NCBI GenBank assembly: GCA_951406725.2
Contig: OX597821.1
Location: 30,566,001-30,630,000, forward strand
From: Octopus vulgaris
Lineage: Eukaryota
DNA length: 64,000 nt
Direction of reading: 5' to 3'
Shown: piece after piece, positions 25,608 to 37,864 of the stretch
Layout: every line of letters begins with the position of its first letter
Numbering within the stretch: position 1 is the first letter of the stretch
Program-made: the position numbers and the translations under genes
Notes under the pieces: generated by a model
What the model was told of the DNA's origin: nothing
Databases searched by the model: none
Seen by the model: only the letters and a program-made list of their open reading frames with translations

Positions 25608-26517
25608 CACACACAGACATATATCCAATGACATACAACGACGCACCCATGCATACATCCACACATCCACACACGCACGCACACAAGCAGATATATTATA
25701 TGCGGGTAAACATGCAGGATTATGTGAAATAACGAATAGCTGAGCGTAAAGAAAATAGTGTAATCAAACAATAGAATAAATAAATGAGCGAATAAATAAT
25801 TAAAGTAAATACATAATATTTATTTTGAAAAGCTGGGTATGAATATTCATAGCAGCGATGTTTATTGAGATGACTTCAAACAAAAGCTGTATGTGTGACT
25901 ATAAAACTTAAAATGTAAAGAAAAGAATTAAAGAAATACATTTATCAAAATAAATTTTTTAAAAATATAAAGCAATAAGTACGAAAATTACAATTTCAAG
26001 ATAACATGGATTTGTCATCCAGGACATGATTGCTAAAAAGAAAAAGCAACATAAAAATGATATATCCCTCGCAAAACTAGAAGAATGGCAAATTTAAGAA
26101 AGGAAAAATTAAGAATCAGAGCCTAATGAAATAAAGAAAATAAAAAGCAACATTTTAACCAAGCGCCGCTGCCCTTAACATAAAACCGAGAGAGAGAGAG
26201 GAAAAGAAAGAGAGAGCCAGAGAGCCAGAGAGAGAGATTGAAAGAGAAAGAGAGGGAGAGAGAGAGAGAGAGATGGATGGATGGAGAGTAGGAGGGATGA
26301 AACGAGAGGTAAAGAAAAATAGGAGAAAAACCAATAAAAGACAGAGCAAATACGGAGCTGAGTTAAATAGGATTGGAATTCTATCTTGATTACAAATGAA
26401 GAAATAAATAATTAAAAGTTAAAAGTTTCTGATACAGACTCAAATCAGCTTTTGTTCTTCTTTTATATCTGCTTTGTTTTGCTTTGCATTCAACAGCTAC
26501 GCAACGTTCCATATATG

Positions 26518-26576
<59 letters not shown>

Positions 26577-27206
26577 ACATACACACAAACATACACACAC
26601 ATATATATATATATCAAATGAAATGCTATATGTGTATATGTGTGTGTATGCATGTCTATTTACGGGTTAAGCAATAATAATCAATACACATGATGTCTCC
26701 CTTTCGTTTCCCTGTCTTTGACTGTCGCCGAGAAAGTAACTGGTGCGCTTAGATGACATGCAAAGAGGAGAGGAAATGCAGCGGAGCAAACAAAAGGCAA
26801 CCGATAAAAATAGACAGTAAATCGACAACAACAACAACAACACGAACAACAAAAACAACAACATCACCAAGTACAAAGAAGCAATGAATCATAAAAATAC
26901 CTTACAACTTATCTTAAACGTTTGCACGCTTAAAATGTTTGCAGTTTTACAACGGTAATTAAGTTTCAACTTTGACAAAAGACGACTATTGCTAATCTAT
27001 CGTTTCATTCAACGATTCATTCACTCATTCATTTACTTATTTCTTCATTCTTGTATTCACTCAATGTACTCAGGCGTGGTTTTATTTTTTAGTTCCTCCT
27101 GCAATTGTAGGAACGTCACTGTATTTCTATCAACGCTTGTGTGAGATAGAAAAAGGTACGTTGTTCTCTTCATACAGACACATGTATATAGTATCCTACA
27201 AATATA

Positions 27207-27261
<55 letters not shown>

Positions 27262-27683
27262 ACGCACGAGATAGTCGTCACATAACAAAGGAAGTACGGT
27301 AGCTATGTCTGCAAATGTACAAAATAGTTTCGCTTTAGATTGTGTTGCGACAAACATTTAGACGGTACATTTGCGTATCTAATGCCAGTAGGTGCTGTTA
27401 TACTGAATGATAAAGACAAAGAGTTCTCTCTTAATGGAATATTGGTAAAGAAAAACGAATAACTGCATCTGTCTTTTATCAACTCCCTTAGACAAAGGGA
27501 GACGATTGTAAGAAATTTAGAAAGAATTTTATTTTTCTTGACGCGTTGGTAATCTCTCGTGTGTGTTAGACATCAACGTTAGCGCTCTCGATGTGTTTCT
27601 ACATTATCCGACTGCATCAGCATGAACTCAATACCTCCAACAACATTCCGTGTGTGGATTTGCAAAAATTCAAATCAAAGACA

Positions 27684-28379
27684 GGTACTATTAGTGAACA
27701 GTAATCCCTGTGCGCGCACACGCGCAGTCGATCATTATTTTGTGTTTTTCTGTATTACTCTTTTTTACTTGTTTCAGCCATTTGACTGTGGACATGCTGG
27801 AGCACAACCTTCAGTAGAGCAAATCGACCCCAGGACTTATTCTTTGTAAGGCTAGTACTTATTCTATCGGTTGTCGAACCGCTAAGTAACGGGGACGTAA
27901 ACACACCAGCATCTGTTGTCAAGCGATGTTGGGAGGACAAACACAGACACACAAACACATACACACACATACATATATATACATATATACATATATTCGA
28001 CGGGCTTCTTTTAGTTTCCGTCTACCATATCCACTCACAAGGCTTTGGTCGGTCCGAGACTATAGTAGAAGACACTTGCCCAAGGTACCACGTAGTGGGA
28101 CTGAACCCTGAACCATGTGGTCGGTAAGCAAGCTACTTATCACACAGCCACTCCTACGTCTATATACTTTGTTATTTACTTTGTTTAAAAAATTATTTAC
28201 TTTGTGTGTTTTTGTGTTTTATTTACTTTGTTTAACAAAAATTATTTACTTTGTGCAAAAAAATTATTTATTTTGTGCTTTATTTACTTTGCTAGGTAGT
28301 CACTGCAGGATCGACAAGCTAGCGCAGATGCGCGATTGTGCTTGTGCGCACACCGGGACCACTGTTCGCTAGTAATACC
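27684..28379. mobile_element. MITE (Merlin-like GG..CC termini) interrupted by a SINE
   Basis: ggtactattagtgaacagtaatccctgtgcgcgcaca is an imperfect inverted repeat of tgtgcgcacaccgggaccactgttcgctagtaatacc; internal ttatttactttg repeats; TSD not clear. Confidence 0.6.
27757..28160 (-). mobile_element. SINE family A, full length, nested in the MITE
   Basis: Reverse complement of family A. Confidence 0.9.
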
Positions 28380-28696
28380 AGTAAGCCAATCATTTCAAAA
28401 CAAAGTAAACTACTAAAGTAGTCCAATCATTTCAATTAATAAAATTCAAGAAGATAGTGAATTTCTGACTGATAAGCGCAGTAGAATCTTTATCTTTCTC
28501 ATACTTTGAAACTCGATAAAAGTTTCTGCTTGTTTTGCATTACTCATCCAAATTAATTTCCTGGAGCAGCGTGCTACATTACTGCATATACAAATAATAT
28601 ACATCCTATCATCAGACATTCGTTTACTCACATACATTCATCGTTATCCATGTACGTACAGAAATACATGATGTAAGGAAATATATATACATATAT

Positions 28697-28787
<91 letters not shown>

Positions 28788-28793
28788 TATATG

Positions 28794-28839
<46 letters not shown>

Positions 28840-29153
28840 CTCAATACTTCAAGGTAATTTTTTCGTGAACAATCATTAAACTCAAGATACACAATGACTT
28901 TACAATGTATCGGAGTACCTATTTTTAAATTTTTGTATATATTTATTATTATTTTTTGGCAAAAACAATGTAATTTTCTGTTTTTCCCCTCCTCACTTTA
29001 AAAAAAATTCTAGAAAAGTCACATTATAACGAAAACCGGTTTGAATTAATATATATATACATTTCATCAATTTTTCAAAAATTTTTCCATACACCACTTT
29101 TCATAAAAATTTTCTTTCAATTTAGCATTCTGCCTTTGTACAATTTTTGCTTG

Positions 29154-29207
<54 letters not shown>

Positions 29208-29671
29208 TTATAAGTAAGGGCAAAAGAAAAAATTTCTAAAGCCAAAATATGCCGAAAATAGACAAAGTCAGTAACCATGTCATTTATCACTAACAAGCGC
29301 GCATTTCGAAGATAGCTGATAGAATATCCTAAAAAATCCTGTTATTACCATATCGGACCCGATTTCAGAGTTAGTTCATAAGATTTCAGAGTTAGTTCAT
29401 AGGTAGGCATTTCACCTATTCCTTTTGCTGCAGTTATCTCTGATGGAGGGAAGGTCTTATGAAAGACTGACTATCTGAAGACTATCGAAATATTTACATA
29501 TATAAAAACTATGGAAATATCTAGAAAACATTTCACTTAATTTTTGTTTTTCTCCAATTTAACTGCTTTCTTATTTCACTCTTAGCTGAAAAAGTCTGAA
29601 AGTAAAATGGTAGTAAAATCTAATTCCTCATAAAATTGTTTTATCATTTTCTACCTTGTCTTATTTTACTA

Positions 29672-29735
<64 letters not shown>

Positions 29736-30391
29736 GCATATATATATATGTGTGTGTGTGTATATATATACTTATTGAAAAATATATGGACACTATGGGA
29801 TAGTTACATCCGAAAAAAATTCTTACCGCAAATAGTAAAAATCCTTTAGTTAAGTACTCCTCTTAAACGTTAATCTATTCACAAGCATAATTTATTTCCG
29901 CTTCATACAGAACGGCGGAATAACCTACGCTATGCATTAAGGAAGTAATCTGTGAGTTTTGTGAGAAGAGTGCTCGGTAAACCGTGAAATGATTCGCCAG
30001 GAAATGCACGAATTCTTTTTCTGCACATATAAGGTATGAGAAAGCTGACAATGAATGCGTGAATATTCTTATTTCAGGGACAGAAGCACATATTTGATAT
30101 TTACATTTGCTTCAGGGATTCTGATTCCCGTTGTGGCGTGCTTACAAAATATATGCGTTAGTAAACGTGGCACTTAATATCGCAAATATGTAAATTAATA
30201 TATGTACATTAATATACTCTACAAACGATAGTTGAAAGAGAAGTTGAAAGAGAACGGACAGGGAGAATTTGTATCCTTCATTCCGTGCCTGAACCATAAA
30301 CTACAGGTTTCAGATTATATTTCAACCACAGGAAGGCCTGTAATACGCACAAATGCACATGCACCCATACATATACATATACATACACACG

Positions 30392-30428
<37 letters not shown>

Positions 30429-30479
30429 GTATATACATATATAAGCTACACAAAGGAGAACGTGTGAATGCAACATATA

Positions 30480-30950
30480 AGCTACTGGGAAAGACTGAAA
30501 GTATTAACACTCTTCTCCCTGGAGCGAAGGCAGGAGAGATATGTAGTTATATACATCTAGAAATTCCTGAAGGACCTTGTCCCAAATTTTGACATTGAAA
30601 GTTACCCCAACAGCAGAATGGGGCACCACTGCATGGTGCCAAAGATCCCAACATCAGTATCAAAATACAGGACCAGATACTGCAACAGCTTGGGTTTCAG
30701 GGGACTACAGCACTTCAATATCCTTCCTAAATGCCTGAGGGACCTGTATGGTGTACATGTGGGTTTCTTTAAATATTAACTAGATCTCTTCTTGTCAGGG
30801 GTTCCAGATGAACCTACCTCTCGGCAGGAAACACAGATGCGGGCAGCGGTGTCGAACACCCTTCTTGACCAAGTGCTATGTATCAGAGGTGGTTTCACAT
30901 ACTAGTCAACGGTGGTGCCCCACCATGGCCGCAGCATTCGGGCTGAAATA
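30480..30950 (+). mobile_element. 3' end fragment of a CR1/L2-group LINE
   Basis: SLERRQERYVVIYI..LVPNF; VPDEP motif; terminus ggtggtgccccaccatggccgcagc..ctgaaa as at 17200. Confidence 0.8.
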
Positions 30951-31108
30951 TTTTTCAGGATTTAAGGATCATATATATATATATACACAGCAATTCAAAA
31001 CGAAAAATTAAATTACACCATCTAGAAAATTACATATAATAGAAATATAAAATATAGATAAAAATAATATACCGATGATTAAGTAATGCGCAAAATAATA
31101 AATAAAAC

Positions 31109-31142
<34 letters not shown>

Positions 31143-31149
31143 AGTTAAA

Positions 31150-31156
31150 TAGATAT

Positions 31157-31239
<83 letters not shown>

Positions 31240-31240
31240 T

Positions 31241-31278
<38 letters not shown>

Positions 31279-31280
31279 GG
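31150..31280. repeat. (GATA)n microsatellite
   Basis: Direct reading. Confidence 0.97.
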
Positions 31281-31611
31281 ATAAGATACAGGAATCAGGA
31301 TTCAATTTAAAGTTTCTCTTTGGATATTAATCAGGGATGTCATCAACAACCGAGTTGGAGAAGCGGAGGCGAATGTACATATACGTGCATTCGAATAAAT
31401 ATATTAGCATATATTCCCTGATTACGCGCACAGACTTTTTCCATAATTCAAAATTTTGATATGTATTTTGACTCACAAGCTGCACCAGCTATCGATACGT
31501 ACCGATTGTAGCATTGGAATAAACAAATTTGCTCCAAGGGGAGGCAGCTGGGATATATCTTAACCTATATATATATGTGTGTGTGTATGTGTGTGGGTGT
31601 GTTTATGTCTG

Positions 31612-31745
31612 TGTAGGCGTGGCTAGTGGTAAGAAGCTTGCTTCCCAAACACGTGGTACTTTAGGCAAGTGCCTTCTGCTATAGCCTAAGACCGACCAAA
31701 GCTTTGTCAGTGGATCTGGTAGACAGAAACTGAAACGGATTTGTC

Positions 31746-31776
<31 letters not shown>

Positions 31777-31785
31777 TGTGTGTGT

Positions 31786-31824
<39 letters not shown>

Positions 31825-32022
31825 TTTGTCCCTCCACCATCACTTGACAACCAATGCTGGTGTGTCTATGTCCCGTACCTTAGCTGTTCGGCAAAACAGA
31901 CCGATAGAATAAGTACTAGGCTTAAAAAGAAGGCTTGGGTTCGATTTTGTTCGACTGAAAATTATTCAAGGTAGTCTTCCATTATATCTGCGGTCAAATA
32001 CCTGAAACAATGAAAATACAAA
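31612..32022 (+). mobile_element. SINE family A, diverged, B-box region deleted
   Basis: Aligns with family A. Confidence 0.85.
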
Positions 32023-32649
32023 AGATATAAAATGCAGACACATACACACACCCATGCATATGCATATCCATCAATCTGTCTGTCTTTGCATACAGATATT
32101 ATACATACATCGTAGCTACATGCCCATTCCAGGAGGATGGAGTATTTGCATTAGCATTGAAGTAATTGGTTAATATGTGTCCTTAATATCCTTGAACGTT
32201 TTGTTATATTGTTTGCTGATATATGTTCTAATCACATCGACTTGAAAAAAGAAATGGATATTAATTAAACTTCTGTAGGTGAATATCGTTTCGATTCCCA
32301 AATAATGAAAAGCTAAGCTTACTAGGAAGACCTTGAAACATGAAGAAAAAATGCTGGTTTATAAATACGACGTCTCTTTATCCAATGATCGATCAAGTCT
32401 TCCAGTTGTTGTCGTTGAATGTAAACACAGAATTTAAAGTCAAAATACCGTACTTTGAAGAATTCATGTTAAAGAATTACATAGACAATAGTCTTGTGAA
32501 CGATCCGTACCCATTTGAATATTATTCATTCTCAGACGTACAACCCTGTAAAGACGAAATGTTTTGGTCTTTATGTTTACAGCGGAGCATGAGGCCACAC
32601 ACAAAATTTAACCCGAGGAATTTTGCGTTAAACACCATGATTAATGTTT

Positions 32650-32779
32650 ATGATCGGTCTGTTTTGCCGAACAGCTAAGGTACGGGGTCATAAACACACC
32701 AGCATCGGTTGTCAAGTGATGGCGGAGGGACAAACCCATACACAGACACACACACACACACACACACACATACTCACCC

Positions 32780-32842
<63 letters not shown>

Positions 32843-32972
32843 AGTCCGTTTCAGTTTCTGTCTACCAAATCCACTGACAAAGCTTTGGTTGGTCTAAGGC
32901 TATAGCAGAAGGCACTTGCCTAAAGTACCACGTGTTTGGGACGCAAGCTTCTTACCACTAGCCACGCCTACA
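32650..32972 (-). mobile_element. SINE family A, inverted partner of 31612
   Basis: Same head deletion and substitutions as the 31612 copy. Confidence 0.85.
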
Positions 32973-34400
32973 CATATTCCAGGATTCTTCTAAAGGTTTA
33001 GAATCAGAGAACCGTAGATTTGACAATTAAAATACGATTTTATTTTTCTGCTCTCGTGTCATGTCATTTATTATGTATGACTCATGCTTTAAAGAATACT
33101 TTTCATATCTTATATTCTCTGGAACTGTTCTATATTAATGATACTTTGTTACTGTTGTTAGCAAGAGTAGTGAACATGTAGATGCCTCATGGTCGGCTCT
33201 AGAATTACGACGTTTTGCTCTATATTGTACAGGTCATTGAAAATTTAACATACTAAATACCTTATAAGCAGATACGATTAATGATAAACCTAGAATCCTT
33301 AGGGAGTAAGAAAATGAAAAAAAAACAACAAAAACTTATGAAGGCTAATTTCAACTGTTCTCAAAGACTAAGTACAACCTTGAATAATGTTCTGTAATAA
33401 AGTTAATAGTTCCACGTATTACACAATGCAACGTCCTTTTCCGATATTTTCAAATTCTGTTCCAAATAATTTACACTATCAGCACTAGAAGACATTAAAG
33501 ATGCCTATGTTAAAAACTCTAAACTATAAATGTGTATTCGAAACAGAGTGAAGTATATTAGTTAGATATTAGTCCAGAACTAATTTTTCATGTTAATATA
33601 AAATAAATGGCAGTATGACTTGACAGCATATTGCATAAAACAACAACGATATCATCAGGAAACATAGAGCTGAAAGTCTCCAAAGATAATTTTGAGTGAT
33701 TTATTTTCGATCATGACAACACACAATACATTTTAAAATTTATATTTTAATTTTATTAATATTTTTAGTGGGATGACTGGCATTTAATACTCCATCATTT
33801 ACATTATTTAACAAGAATATTAGATTTTGTCTGGAAATATATGCCTTTTATAGCTATGGATATATATTTTTTTAATTTCTACTTTGCAAATTTAACATCA
33901 AGAACGAAAATTTTATTATCAAATGCATTTTGCTTTTATAATGGTTGAATATTACTTTCGATGCTTGTCTTGAAAAGAAATTTAAAGCGAACTTTATTTT
34001 ATATTTGTATTAGAGGAGTTATTTCATAAACATGTGACTAGCGCAATGTACTAATTAAACTAAATCTTAATTGAAATATGTTAGAACGTTTGACATCAGA
34101 ATGTGCAACGCAATACAATTTATTGTTTACTCTAGTATTAATGCGAAAAGAAGATAAGCCAAACAAGAGATAATGCGTGATAAAACACATAACAAGGAAG
34201 TACAACAAAAACACGACTTTTGTGCACATCACATATTGAAATTTATTTGAAATTTCTTTTAACTTTTTTGCTTTCAATTTTCAGTTTGCAATTACAACTA
34301 ACTTTCAGAACTGATGCGAATTATCAGAAGTTAACAACACTCTGTAATTTTTAATTTCCTCTCTCCATAATTTCCCCTGAGCGTATACATACATACATAC

Positions 34401-34449
<49 letters not shown>

Positions 34450-35454
34450 TATATGTGTATGCATGTGCGTGCGTGTGTGTGTGTGTGTATGATTGTGTGT
34501 GTGTGCGTGCGTACGTGTGTATGTACACAAACAGTGGGAGACTGTCTTCAGGTCATAGACCGGTGTAGCTTCACCGCCAACTACAGGCTTTGGTGTTTAC
34601 AGTTTATGTTAATCTCAAAGCTTCTCTAGCCCCTGTTGATCCACGGTATCAGCTCTAACACAGTGGAGGATATGGAGGTCAATATCAACAATGACACAAG
34701 GAAGTAGCGTCGTGTCCCACCAAGTCGTACTAATGTTTCACTCTACCGCTCAAGTCTGTCGTTGAGCGAATGCAGCAAAAGAAAATCTTACTATCAGAGA
34801 AATAACGGAATGCACTGAGGCTAGTAGGCAGGGACTGGGTATAACAACAGTGGAATGGTAGTCAGAGGCCAGGGGAACGATGAAAAGAGATCTGATTCTA
34901 CATGAAGTGCAAAGGATAAGGGTTCCATGTGAATACGGAATGCATTAGAGCAGATAAAACAGGACTAGTGAATGACATCATAATTGCAGTTCGGACGAAT
35001 TGGAACGAATAACTTCTATCTTCAAATTTGCCTATGACCTCCTTCCTCTGATTTCGAAACGACTACATATATATACATGTGATAATTATCTCTTATTATA
35101 AAAGGCAGATTTTATCTGCCTCCCTTTGGGAGTTATACAAATCTACAATATAGGATTTCTTCAATTACAATTTACCTAGCATTTTTAAGAGTACAATGCA
35201 TCGCGTCATGCCAGGTCCAGTTTTTAAAATTTAAACTCCAATTAAGCAAAATTTACAGAAAACTCACATTCTGGTGTGTGTGTCAAATACTTTTCTTAGT
35301 CTGGTTTACACCACACGCAAACGCACACACACACAAAGGGAGCGAATTGTTTCACTGACGCTATCACCCTTCTCCTCCTTTGTCTTTGCAAGTTTGCAGC
35401 TATTAAAGTGAAAACAGTGAATCCGACAGCGATAAAGAAAACGAATTAGCACCT

Positions 35455-35716
35455 GAATGGAGTGAAAATTTAAAAACTGTTTCTTTCGGTGAGTTTTCTG
35501 AAGAAACTGGACCAAGCCACAGACTTTCCCAGAAGAGTAAAGCCTTAGACTATTTCTATTTACTGTTTCGAATGAGCCTATTTGAAATCATTACGCTAAA
35601 CGTAAACAAACCGAAAGAAAGGATAGTTTGTTATTTCCCACAACCTTAAATGAAATTAAGGCCTATTTTGCCATAAATATTATTATGGGTATCAGAAAGT
35701 TACCCAGAATAACAAA
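35455..35716 (+). pseudogene. captured piggyBac transposase (PGBD4-like) N-terminal fragment
   Basis: FSEETGPSHRLSQKSKALDYFYLLF..LFEII/frameshift/AKRKQ..PTTLNEIKAYFAINIIMGIRKLPRITN matches the piggyBac pattern GP..LDYF.LF..EIKAF....I.MGI.KLP. Confidence 0.75.
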
Positions 35717-36297
35717 TTCTATCGTAAAATTTTGTTGTATACCCAATTGAATATTAGCTAATAACCCATTTTCTATAGCGATGTTTGAACAAAATTTTAA
35801 TAATTTTACAGAAAGTTACCCAGAATAACAAATTCTATCGTAAAATTTTGTTGTATACCCAATTGAATATTAGCTAATAAACCAATTTTCTATAGCGATG
35901 TTTGAACAAAATTTTAATAATTTTACAGAAAGTTACCCAGAATAACAAATTCTATCGTAAAATTTTGTTGTATACCCAATTGAATATTAGCTAATAACCC
36001 ATTTTCTATAGCGATGTTTGAACAAAATTTTAATAATTTTACAGAAAGTTACCCAGAATAACAAATTCTATCGTAAAATTTTGTTGTATACCCAATTGAA
36101 TATTAGCTAATAACCCATTTTCTATAGCGATGTTTGAACAAAATTTTAATAATTTTACAGAAAGTTACCCAGAATAACAAATTCTATCGTAAAATTTTGT
36201 TGTATACCCAATTGAATATTAGCTAATAACCCATTTTCTATAGCGATGTTTGAACAAAATTTTAATAATTTTACACAAAGTTACCCAGAATAACAAA
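35693..36297 (+). repeat. 116-bp tandem minisatellite, 5 full copies plus 24 bp
   Basis: Unit starts at 35693, 35809, 35926, 36042, 36158, 36274; copies nearly identical. Confidence 0.97.
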
Positions 36298-36849
36298 CGA
36301 GCTCTTCTGGGTATTAGCGCGCGTCTACGATGAGTCTACGATTTAAAAAAAATTACCATCATATTTTTCCATTTTAATGCATTTTTTTCGCTTTTATATA
36401 AGGGAAGTAACTCTCTAAAAATATCTACGATGTGTCAACGATTTAAAGAAAAATTTACCTTAATTTTTTTTCAATTTTTAATGCATTTTTTTGCTATTTT
36501 TTGGCTATAACTCTAAAAATGCTTATATAGTTATTTCCCTTACAACCCGAGCAACGCCGGGCGATACTGCTAGTAACGATATAAAATATGGAGACCTATT
36601 AATCCAAAAGATTTATTTCCTCTCAATTTTTAATTTCATATAGCTGCAACCGGAAATGATTTACTGTGAAGCTTCTTTGAGGGGGTCTGTCAATTTTGTT
36701 AGTTTCGAAGTGAACTGACTACGTTAGTCGTTCTGGGAAGGTAAGGGAGGTTGTTTGGAAACTGAAATCTGATCTGTCTGCTGTGTTTGACGAAGACCCT
36801 AGTCTCTGACATAAGGACGTACTTCTATATAAGAGCAGGTCCCTAAATT

Positions 36850-37805
36850 TCAAAATGAGACTAAGCAAACTAACCTGGTCCATTAAAGATAGCAACCATA
36901 GCTATACCAGGGAGAAGAAATTAATCAGTACAGCTAAACAATATTGTGGAGGGGGACGTAGTTGTGCGCTATGTATAGAGGCAATATACCAAACATTCAC
37001 ATTGAGACACACATTATTTAATACCAGGATTGAACGGCCATAAGTTTCTTGCATAAACATACCAAAGCATTTAAGACATTTACCGAAAGATCCCAATGTT
37101 CCACATAAAGTTTAGTGGGAAAGGAAGGATAGAGGAACTTATCCTAAACTTAAAAAGTTCATGGCACTTCACAACAAAACTAGTATATATTGAATCCACT
37201 TTATACTACCAAACATAAACAATACAGGGAATAAATATATGAATAACTAAAAACATTTCATTAAAAGCATTACACTTGAATATAAGGTTGTCAGGTACCC
37301 AACTCAGAACACACAAAGGGGCATGACAGAAAAACAACATCAATTTTCACCTGGTTAGCTAGAATCCTTACTTCGAACAGCAACGAGTGTTACACCGGGA
37401 TCCCCCACATAAGCCCACAAACAGACCAGATTTCAGCTTCAAAACAACCCTTGCCTACCCATCCCTGAACAAAAACTGACAAACAACTATCGGTATTCAG
37501 TACGCTTTGAAACTAGGTAAATGGGAAGACTCTGAAGAAGTACATTGCGCAGTGGAAACATGTGTAATTCGTAACAACTATAAAAATTTGCTGTATCAAA
37601 TTATAAAATATGATGAAATAAATGTTGAAGATGAGCAAGTCTCTCTCTTCTATATCTTTATAACCGTTACTAATATACACTCAAAATTATACTGCCATCC
37701 GTGGAAGCGAACACAATATTACCCATCGGATGAATTGGTCAAGGAGATCACAAGATGCCACAGTTGATAATACTGCTAAGTAAGCGACAGCAGTTACATG
37801 GGTGA
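36850..37805 (+). mobile_element. decayed 3' end of a PLE (GIY-YIG C-terminus, 3' UTR, hammerhead motif at 37528-37570)
   Basis: LSKLTWSIKD..AKQYCGGGRSCALCIE..LFNTRIE parallels LAKYVWELKE..CRLCLLEK..LNQRSE of the 43722 ORF; downstream CTGAAGA..GAAA-CATGT-GTA; ends at (TA)n. Confidence 0.72.
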
Positions 37806-37832
37806 ATATATATATATATGTATATACATATA

Positions 37833-37864
<32 letters not shown>

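Larger units (their letters stand above)
35089..36573 (+). mobile_element. non-autonomous Helitron
   Basis: A|TCTCTTATTATAAAA 5' end; 3' hairpin cccgagcaacgccggg followed by CTAG|T; inserted in an AT dinucleotide with no TSD. Confidence 0.88.

Noticed and set aside
32340-32678. 112-aa ORF in non-repetitive sequence
   Set aside because: No recognisable domain; the 3' part runs into a SINE; cannot be called a host exon without homology or RNA data
34722-34805. Hammerhead-like string on the minus strand (CTGATAG..GAAACATTAGTA)
   Set aside because: Core is non-canonical and stem I does not pair
35693-36297. Regular repeat array resembling CRISPR
   Set aside because: Units are identical head to tail with no unique spacers; eukaryotic context; no cas genes
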